Origin: Candidatus Bipolaricaulia bacterium
GTDB taxonomy: Bacteria; Bipolaricaulota; Bipolaricaulia; JBHIAT01
Length of the DNA: 45,086 bases
Assembly (NCBI GenBank): GCA_046758705.1
Contig: JBHIAT010000007.1
Location: 1 to 45,086, forward strand
Reading direction: 5' to 3'
Shown here: positions 8,855 to 15,426 of the stretch, piece after piece
Numbering within the stretch: position 1 is the first letter of the stretch
Layout: every line of letters begins with the position of its first letter
Notes under the pieces: model-generated
Databases searched by the model: none
Seen by the model: only the letters and a program-made list of their open reading frames with translations
Told to the model about the DNA's origin: nothing
Position numbers and translations under genes: made by a program

Positions 8855-9181
8855 TTACGTGCTCTCGCTTTCCCTCACGATCTGATACCGTAGCACCTCG
8901 TCGTCGATGTTCAACCGCTCCTCGAGATTCACGATCCGATCGGGGAGGAAGTCGAAGTGCAACACCACGTAGTATCCCTTCGGATGGTGGTCGATCTCAT
9001 AGGTCAACGGTCGTATCCCCCACCGGTCCGTCTCACCGATGATGCCGCCCTCGCCCTTGACGAGAGCGGTCACCTGCTTGATCTTCTCCTCGTATTCCTC
9101 CTCCCCCAACCCCGGTTTCAGGATGTACATCATCTCATAAGTTCGAGTTCGGTCATCTGCTCGAGTCCCTTGGTCGCTCAT
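8855..9181 (-). CDS. rpsF: 30S ribosomal protein S6 (bS6)
   Basis: 108 aa. Conserved YE..Y(I/V)L.P core aligns to E. coli RHYEIVFMVHPD. The full ORF start (ATG 9179-9181) has a GGGAGG SD 8 nt upstream, so a 13-aa N-terminal extension is accepted; the internal Met17/18 alternative lacks an SD. Confidence 0.8.
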   Translation of the reverse strand: MSDQGTRADDRTRTYEMMYILKPGLGEEEYEEKIKQVTALVKGEGGIIGETDRWGIRPLTYEIDHHPKGYYVVLHFDFLPDRIVNLEERLNIDDEVLRYQIVRESEST

Positions 9182-9315
9182 TGATTACGCCTCCCGGCCA
9201 TCATTCGGATGGTTTCAAGGCACTAAGGTAATATACCACAATCCGGCGGTGTGTTTCAACCGAGCGAACCTCGAACGGTAATGTGCTGATCTGATCCGGC
9301 CTGTGACCGCTTAAC

Positions 9316-9344
9316 TTGACCGCTGACCGAGTTTGTGCTATGAT
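9316..9344 (+). promoter_or_regulatory. sigma70-type promoter for hpf (TTGACC, 17-bp spacer, TATGAT)
   Basis: TTGACC at 9316-9321, 17-nt spacer, TATGAT at 9339-9344. About 50 nt upstream of hpf. Confidence 0.45.
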
Positions 9345-9394
9345 AAATCACACACGAACAGCCTGATTCTTCACGATACGAAGAGGCAAGCGAG

Positions 9395-9931
9395 ATGAAG
9401 ATCAACGTGCTCGGTAGGCACGTAGAGGTCAGTGATGCGCTGAGAAGTTACGTGGTCTCGAAGGTGGAAGGGCTGGAAAAGTACTTTGACAGGATGATCA
9501 GTGTCGATGTCACTATGGCGGTCGAGAAGGAGCGACAGATCGTCGAGATGGTCGCCCACCTGATCAACAAAAAGATTGTCAAGTCCTCTGCCGCCTCCAA
9601 GGATATGTACGCCTCCATCGACGCAGCGATCGACAAGCTGGGAAGGCAACTCAGGCGGTACAATGCGCGGGTGAAGCGCAAAGAGCCTTGGGACCACAGC
9701 CAGGATCTCAACCCCAAACATCAGGTTCAAACCCAGGACCAACGCCGCAACAGCCGGCAGATCATTCGTCAGGACACGATCATCCGCAAGCCGATGAGCC
9801 CCGAGGAAGCGGCGATGCAGTTAGAAGCTTACCATCGTAACTTCCTGGTCTTTATTAACTCTGAGGATGACCGGCCCAGCATCATCTACGATCGGGAAGA
9901 CGGGAATTACGGGCTCATCTCCCTAGGTTGA
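9395..9931 (+). CDS. hpf: ribosome hibernation promoting factor, long form
   Basis: 178 aa. N-terminal S30AE/RaiA fold (MKINVLGRHVEVSDALRSYVVSKVEGLEKYF) plus a C-terminal dimerisation domain (EEAAMQLEAYHRNFLVFINSEDDRPSIIYDREDGNYGLISL). Confidence 0.9.
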   Translation: MKINVLGRHVEVSDALRSYVVSKVEGLEKYFDRMISVDVTMAVEKERQIVEMVAHLINKKIVKSSAASKDMYASIDAAIDKLGRQLRRYNARVKRKEPWDHSQDLNPKHQVQTQDQRRNSRQIIRQDTIIRKPMSPEEAAMQLEAYHRNFLVFINSEDDRPSIIYDREDGNYGLISLG

Positions 9932-10020
9932 GGGGAGGCGAGGAGTCTAAGCAGGGCGGAATAATAAAAAATATCGATAATCCATCCATACTCAACGTTA
10001 CAACGAGAGGGGCGATTGAC

Positions 10021-11031
10021 ATGATTAGGGTGGTCTCTCTCTTTTCGGGTAGTCTGGCAAGCATTATCGCCACCAAACTGATTCAGCGGGAAGAGAAAAT
10101 CGATGAGCTGAAGCTCATCCACTTCAGATCTCCCTTTTTCCGTGACTACGATCGGACGAAGCAACTGACGAGAGAGATCTGGGAGAATCCCGATTTTCGT
10201 AGCCAAAGCGTTAAAAAGGAGTTCCGAAAAGTCGCCAACATCCACAACGGAACCTACAATTTGAAAAGCAGCTGTATAGGGTGCCGGAAGCTGCTGATCG
10301 CCAAGGGCCTGCGGTACATGGAGCGGGTCAAGGCCGACTTTTTAATCACCGGTGAGATCGTCGGGGTGCGGGGCCTGGGCGAAATGGAGATGATCGAGAT
10401 CGTGGAGGCCGTCGGGAGTGGCGATCGGGTGCTTCGGCCTCTCTCGGCTCGGCTCCTGCCCGAGACCCTGCCCGAGAGGAACGGCTGGGTGAATCACGAG
10501 CATCTGAAACGTCTTCGTTATGGCGAGGTCGACGAGTTACGCAGGCTGGCCCGGGAGTTGGAAATCGATGTCGAGGGATTCTCGGCCGAAGCGCGGTGTA
10601 AGTTGACCCAGAGGAATTTCGGGCAACGGCTCGAGGATCTATTCCAGGAGAAGGAGTTCAGCATGAACGCCCTCGAGTTGCTCGAGTTCGATCTGTACTA
10701 CAAGAAGCAGCCCGACGTGAAGATCGTCCTGGGTCGGGATGATGAAGAGAAACGCAAACTTCAGACGTTCTTCTTGCCCGAGGATCTTCGCATCTATGTT
10801 CCTACCTACAAAGGTCCGATGACTCTGGTGCGAACCAACTGGCAGGAAAAGAGCGGGGTGGAGGTGGAGGAGATTATCAAGCTCGCTGCCGAGATCACCG
10901 CCTCCCATGCAGATGTGAAGGGATATGCCAAGGTCCGGGCCAATTACCGGTTCGAGTCCAAGAACGAGACGTTCGGTATCACGGTGTCCCCGATGCCGAA
11001 GGAGGAGCTGGCGAAGTACTATCTCAGTTAG
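10021..11031 (+). CDS. stand-alone ThiI-like PP-loop-fold protein with degenerate SGGxDS motif and novel C-terminal extension
   Basis: ORF 9928..11031 trimmed to ATG 10021 (GAGAGGGG SD; the longer TTG start overlaps hpf). N-terminal ~150 aa are co-linear with the ThiI adenylation domain (VVSLFSGSLAS, HFRSPFF, FLITGEIVGVRGLG, RPLS). The motif is SGSLAS rather than SGGxDS. CIGC pair. About 190 aa of unassigned C-terminus. The 5' half has visibly lower GC than its neighbours. Confidence 0.55.
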   Translation: MIRVVSLFSGSLASIIATKLIQREEKIDELKLIHFRSPFFRDYDRTKQLTREIWENPDFRSQSVKKEFRKVANIHNGTYNLKSSCIGCRKLLIAKGLRYMERVKADFLITGEIVGVRGLGEMEMIEIVEAVGSGDRVLRPLSARLLPETLPERNGWVNHEHLKRLRYGEVDELRRLARELEIDVEGFSAEARCKLTQRNFGQRLEDLFQEKEFSMNALELLEFDLYYKKQPDVKIVLGRDDEEKRKLQTFFLPEDLRIYVPTYKGPMTLVRTNWQEKSGVEVEEIIKLAAEITASHADVKGYAKVRANYRFESKNETFGITVSPMPKEELAKYYLS

Positions 11032-11119
11032 TCACGGTGAGCAGGGGAGCCGCAGTCTACAGTCCGCGTTTCCGGTTCTTTTTAAAGTATAAAGTATAAG
11101 GTTAGATCATCAGGGGTTC

Positions 11120-13090
11120 ATGAGCGAGATATTGAGGGAGCTCAACCCAAGTCAGCGGGAAGCCGTGATCCACTATGAGGGGCCGCTGCTCATCCTCGCC
11201 GGAGCGGGCAGTGGGAAGACCCGGGCCATCACCCACAGGATCGCCTATCTTATCCGTCACTATCAGGTCCCTCCGGCCCAGATCCTCGGGGTGACGTTTA
11301 CCAACAAGGCCGCTGATGAGATGCGGGTCCGGGTCGAAAAACTGCTGCCTGCGGCCGTTTCCACCCCCTGGATCGGGACGTTCCACGCCACTTGCTCCCG
11401 GATCTTAAGGCGGGAGATCGAGCACCTGTCCGCGGGGTACAACGGATATTTCTCTATCCTCGATGCTCAGGATCAACGACGGGCGATCGAGGAGACGATG
11501 CGCGAGCTCGATCTGCCGACCGACTCGTTCCCTCCCCGCATGGTCGCTGCCGAGATCGAGCGTGCCAAGAACGAGCTGATCTACCCGGAGGACTTCCGCC
11601 GCCGGCGAGCAGGGAGTCTGGAGCCGTTCCTCCTCGATCCGATCGCAGCCATCTATACGCGTTACCAGGAGAAACTGCGAAACAGCAACGCCGTCGATTT
11701 CGGGGATCTCATCGGCCTGACCGTGAGACTGTTCCAGGACGACCTGGAGCTTTTGGACGGCTATCGTGACCGATTCCGGTTCATCCTGATCGATGAATAC
11801 CAGGATACCAATTACACCCAGTACCTGTTCGCTCGACTGCTCGCCGAAAAGTACGAGAACCTCTGTGTCGTAGGCGACGACGATCAGTCGATCTTCGGAT
11901 GGCGGGGGGCCGACCCGACCAACATCCTGGAGTTCGAACGGGATTTTCCAGACGCGACCGTGGTGAAGCTCGAACGGAATTACCGCTCGACAAAGCGGAT
12001 CCTGCGGGTCGCCGACACGATGATCCGCCACAACCGATGGCGACAGGAAAAACATCTCTATACCGAACGGGAGGAGGGAACCAAGGTCCAGCTGTATGCG
12101 GCCGTCGACGAGATCGATGAGGCTCGGTTCGTCGCCGCTGAAATCGAACGGCTCCGATCCCAAGGCGTTCCCCTCCGAGAGATCGCCGTCCTCTACCGGG
12201 TCAATACCTTGTCGCGGAACCTGGAGGAGGCGCTGATCGAGCGGAGAATCCCCTATGAGATCGTCCGTGGGTTTAAGTTCTATGAGCGTCGCGAGGTCAA
12301 AGATATCCTCGCCTACTTGAAGTGCCTGGTCAATCCCCAGGACGATCTCAGCCTGATCCGGATCATCAACCGGCCGAGACGGGGGATCGGGCCGAAGACC
12401 CAGGCGGCGATCCAAAACCGTGCCCGATCCCAGGAGATCTCTATCTGGGCGGCCATCCAGGAGATGGCCGCCAACGCTTCCCCCGACGGTGGGGGGAAGC
12501 TCGCCCCACTGAAGGCGTTTGCTGATCTGATGGCCGATCTGAAGCAAGATCACCGGAAGCCGAGCGAACTGACCGAGGAACTGGTGGCGCGGATCGGGTA
12601 CCGGAAGGTGCTGGAGGCGGAGGCGGACGGGATAGAGGCCGAGGAGCGGATGGGCAACATCGCTGAGCTGATCGGCCAGATCAAGACGTTCGAGGCCCAG
12701 GACCCCGACAACGGACTTGCGGCGTTCCTCGAGCGCGTCTCCCTGGTGACCGATGTCGATGGGTATAATAGAGAGGTCGATCGGGTTGCACTGATGACCC
12801 TACATACCGTCAAGGGATTGGAGTTTAGCTGGGTGTTCATCGTTGGCATGGAGGAGCGTCTGCTCCCCCATCTGCGATCCATTGAGGAGGGACGGATCGC
12901 CGAGGAACGCAGACTTAACTATGTCGGTATCACCCGGGTCAAGGAGGGTCTGTTCCTCAGCTACGCTCACCACCGCTATCTGTATGGCCAGAGCTTTCTG
13001 AACGTCCCGTCGCGGTTCCTCGGGGAGTTGCCTCCGGAGGATCTGGAGGAGTTCCACCGCGTTGGCTCAGGGACCGGGCTTGAAACATAG
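11120..13090 (+). CDS. uvrD: ATP-dependent DNA helicase, UvrD/PcrA/Rep superfamily 1
   Basis: 656 aa. LNPSQREAV, Walker A AGAGSGKTRAIT, TFH, DEYQDTN, VGDDDQSIFGWRGA, YRS, VTLHTVKGLEF and other SF1 motifs in order. Specific paralogue (uvrD versus pcrA) not resolvable. Confidence 0.88.
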   Translation: MSEILRELNPSQREAVIHYEGPLLILAGAGSGKTRAITHRIAYLIRHYQVPPAQILGVTFTNKAADEMRVRVEKLLPAAVSTPWIGTFHATCSRILRREIEHLSAGYNGYFSILDAQDQRRAIEETMRELDLPTDSFPPRMVAAEIERAKNELIYPEDFRRRRAGSLEPFLLDPIAAIYTRYQEKLRNSNAVDFGDLIGLTVRLFQDDLELLDGYRDRFRFILIDEYQDTNYTQYLFARLLAEKYENLCVVGDDDQSIFGWRGADPTNILEFERDFPDATVVKLERNYRSTKRILRVADTMIRHNRWRQEKHLYTEREEGTKVQLYAAVDEIDEARFVAAEIERLRSQGVPLREIAVLYRVNTLSRNLEEALIERRIPYEIVRGFKFYERREVKDILAYLKCLVNPQDDLSLIRIINRPRRGIGPKTQAAIQNRARSQEISIWAAIQEMAANASPDGGGKLAPLKAFADLMADLKQDHRKPSELTEELVARIGYRKVLEAEADGIEAEERMGNIAELIGQIKTFEAQDPDNGLAAFLERVSLVTDVDGYNREVDRVALMTLHTVKGLEFSWVFIVGMEERLLPHLRSIEEGRIAEERRLNYVGITRVKEGLFLSYAHHRYLYGQSFLNVPSRFLGELPPEDLEEFHRVGSGTGLET

Positions 13091-13161
13091 ATTAAGAATG
13101 TGGTAGAATAAAAGGTCGTTATGAAAAGAAAAAGTTAAATTCTAACACCCAAGGGGGAAGG

Positions 13162-13413
13162 ATGCCGCTATACCGATACGAATGCGAGAGCTGTGGTCAT
13201 TTGTTCACGAGACTTCAATCCCCGTCTGGAGAGTTATCGACCGCCCTCTGTGACGCCTGCGGCCGACCGACGACCCGGCGGTTGCTTCCTAATATCGGCA
13301 TCGTATACAAGGGGAGCGGATTCCATAGGACGGACTACCACGAGCGGGGAAGCTCCCAAACCCCAGGGGATAGTGAGCAGAATCAGGGTGGTAACGAGAC
13401 AGACACGGAGTAA
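13162..13413 (+). CDS. FmdB-family zinc-ribbon protein
   Basis: 83 aa. MPLYRYECESCGHLF...CDACG, i.e. CxxC...CxxC, the FmdB putative regulatory zinc ribbon. Preceded by a TGgTAGAAT extended -10-like element and an AAGGGGGAAGG RBS. Confidence 0.75.
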   Translation: MPLYRYECESCGHLFTRLQSPSGELSTALCDACGRPTTRRLLPNIGIVYKGSGFHRTDYHERGSSQTPGDSEQNQGGNETDTE

Positions 13414-13429
13414 AGCAATATGAGGGGGG

Positions 13430-13906
13430 ATGAAGAAGAAGTTCATCGTCGATGCGATGCTCGGGAAGCTGGCCAAGTGGCTCAGAATCCTGGGGTATGA
13501 TACCCTGTACTTCCACGACATCGATGATCACCGTTTGATCGAGATCGCTAGCCGAGAAGGGCGGATCCTCCTGACAGGGGATCGTGAACTCATGTGTTAC
13601 CGATGGGAAGGGGAACGGCTGTTCGTGAGCTCCGACCTATGGCAGGAGCAGCTCTATCAGGCCTATCATGCGTTCGATCTAGGCACTGAAGGGATCTTCA
13701 CCCGCTGCATTGACTGCAATCAACCGTTAGAGCAGGTCGCCAAACAGGAGGTTCAAGGGGAGGTTCCGACGTACGTCTATCACAACCAGCGTGCGTTCGG
13801 AAGATGTCCCCGATGCCGGAAGATCTACTGGCAGGGAACTCATTTTGAGAAGAGCACACGCCGGGTAGAGCATATCCTGAACGGGAAAACCTCTGACAAT
13901 GAGTGA
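13430..13906 (+). CDS. Mut7-C/DUF82 PIN-like RNase-domain protein with C-terminal zinc ribbon
   Basis: 158 aa. FIVDAMLGKLAKWLRILGYDT...LLTGDREL (DUF82/Mut7-C core) followed by CIDCN...CPRC. 16 nt after the FmdB gene; its stop overlaps the next gene start (ATGAGTGA). Confidence 0.7.
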   Translation: MKKKFIVDAMLGKLAKWLRILGYDTLYFHDIDDHRLIEIASREGRILLTGDRELMCYRWEGERLFVSSDLWQEQLYQAYHAFDLGTEGIFTRCIDCNQPLEQVAKQEVQGEVPTYVYHNQRAFGRCPRCRKIYWQGTHFEKSTRRVEHILNGKTSDNE

Positions 13907-15308
13907 GCAGAGGGCAGCGCTCATCCTATCTATTATATCGCTTGCCCTGATTGTCGTGATGCTCTTTTTGGTATGGGATGTGGGCTCTGAACTCGATGGG
14001 ACCCAGGAGGAGATCTCAGTCGTCACCGGCCGGATAGGGTTCCTGGAACAGGTGCAGGAGAACCAGATCGAAGGGATCCGGACCGAGTTTGCCAATCTGG
14101 GGGAGATGCAGCGTCGCCAGGCCGACCTGATCGAAGGGATCCGGACCGAGTTTGCCAATCTGGGAGAGATGCAGCGTATTCAGGCCGACCTGATCGAAGC
14201 GATTCGGACTGAATTCTCGAACCTCAAGGATGTCGATCGGAGCCTGCGTGGGTCGGTAGACCGACTGCAAAATGAGATGGCCAGCAACCGTCAGGAGATG
14301 GTCAGCCTGATGCGCGCCGAGTTCGAATCGTTGCTGGTCGCGGAGCGGCAGATCACCCGGCAGGAGCTCGGCCAACTTCAGGAGCAGATGACGAGCCTCC
14401 ACGATGCCTTCGGATCGATCGGGACACAGGTTGACTCACTGGAGTCGACGTTGGCCGGGGAGGTCGATAACTTAGAGGCACAGGTCACCGAGTTGAGCGA
14501 TCATATGGTGACCCAAGCCGAGTTAGAGGATGCGCTATCGCTGGAGTCGGCATCGTTATCGAATCAGCTGGTAGGGCTGTTAGAGGCGCAGGCCACCGAG
14601 TTGAGCGATCGTATGGTGACCCAAGCCGAGTTGGAGGATGCGCTATCGCTGGAGGTGACGTCGTTATCGGATCAGCTGGTAGGGCTGTTAGAGGCACGGG
14701 TCACTGGGTTGGGTGAGGTGGTGACCCGAGTCGAGTTGGAGGATGCGCTATCGCTGGAGACGGCATCGCTATCGGATCAGCTGGTAGGGCTGTCCGAAGG
14801 GATAGCGGGGATCGAGCGGTCGATCGAGACACGGGTTGACTCACTGGAGTCGGCGTTGACCGGGGAGGTCGATAATCTAGAGGCGCAGGCCACCAGGTTG
14901 AGCGATCACATGGTGACCCGAGCCGAGTTGGAGGATATCATATCGCTGGAGTCGGCGTTGGCGAACCGGGTCGTAGGTCTGTCTGAAGAGATAGGCAGGG
15001 TCGAACAGGCGATCGGCACGCTCACCGAGACGGTCACCGGGATAGAGCATGAGGTGTCCTCGTCGGCGTCGAGGACGGCGAGCGCGGCAGGGCCCGAGCT
15101 GGAGATGGCCTACTTCCGGTACACGGTCAAACGAGGTGACAGCCTGTGGGCGATCGCCACTGAGGTCTATGGAGAGCCGGTCTTGTGGACCATCATCTTT
15201 TACCTGAACCGGGATATCATCAGGAATCCGGATTTCGTACGGGAGGGGGTCACCTTGACCCTGCCGATCGTCAGCGGGTTGGGGAGGATCCTGCAAACGG
15301 CTCCCTGA
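13899..15308 (+). CDS. membrane-anchored coiled-coil repeat protein with C-terminal LysM domain
   Basis: 469 aa. N-terminal TM (ALILSIISLALIVVMLFLVW), a long heptad-rich region built from 21-aa and 36-aa tandem repeats. C-terminal LysM (YTVKRGDSLWAIATEVYGEPVLWTIIFYLNRDIIRNPDFVREGVTLTLP). Confidence 0.8.
   Translation: MSEQRAALILSIISLALIVVMLFLVWDVGSELDGTQEEISVVTGRIGFLEQVQENQIEGIRTEFANLGEMQRRQADLIEGIRTEFANLGEMQRIQADLIEAIRTEFSNLKDVDRSLRGSVDRLQNEMASNRQEMVSLMRAEFESLLVAERQITRQELGQLQEQMTSLHDAFGSIGTQVDSLESTLAGEVDNLEAQVTELSDHMVTQAELEDALSLESASLSNQLVGLLEAQATELSDRMVTQAELEDALSLEVTSLSDQLVGLLEARVTGLGEVVTRVELEDALSLETASLSDQLVGLSEGIAGIERSIETRVDSLESALTGEVDNLEAQATRLSDHMVTRAELEDIISLESALANRVVGLSEEIGRVEQAIGTLTETVTGIEHEVSSSASRTASAAGPELEMAYFRYTVKRGDSLWAIATEVYGEPVLWTIIFYLNRDIIRNPDFVREGVTLTLPIVSGLGRILQTAP
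14070..14232 (+). repeat. in-frame 63-bp tandem repeat (about 2.5 copies, near-identical) inside the LysM gene
   Basis: Units begin at 14070, 14133 and 14196 (gaagggatccggaccgagtttgccaatctgggggagatgcagcgt...). Copies 1 and 2 differ at only a few positions. Encodes IEGIRTEFANLGEMQRxQADL. Confidence 0.85.
14431..14995 (+). repeat. in-frame 108-bp tandem repeats (3 contiguous copies plus 1 dispersed) with a duplicated ~50-bp preface, inside the LysM gene
   Basis: Units at 14481, 14589, 14697 and ~14886 (caggYcaccgagttgagcgatcRtatggtgacccaagccgagttRgaggatgcgctatcgctggag...). Preface gttgactcactggagtcgRcgttgRccggggaggtcgataaYYtagaggcR at 14431 and 14837. Encodes QxTELSDxMVTQAELEDALSLExxSLSxQLVGLLEA. 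Confidence 0.85.
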
Positions 15309-15426
15309 GGGACCGAACCGAATAGGGATGTTATCATCAGTTTATCGTTTGTCATCGATCATTAATTCGAAGTGAATCACTGCACATAGACATAACTCAA
15401 AGATCAACAGCAGGAGGGAGGCTTAA

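Noticed and set aside
9928-10020. Longer TTG-initiated version of the ThiI-like ORF (MRGGEESKQGG...)
   Set aside because: The TTG overlaps the hpf stop and has no spacing to any SD, whereas ATG 10021 has GAGAGGGG at ideal distance. The N-terminal 31 codons are also compositionally different, Lys/Ile/Asn-rich from an A-rich spacer.
11405-12553. 382-aa minus-strand ORF overlapping the UvrD-like helicase
   Set aside because: Antisense shadow ORF of the helicase gene. No motifs, no start context, composition typical of antisense GC-rich frames.
14041-15000. Possibility that the regular 63-bp and 108-bp direct repeats are a CRISPR array
   Set aside because: Repeats are contiguous with no unique spacers. 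They are in frame within a long ORF and encode coiled-coil heptads. They are protein-coding tandem repeats.
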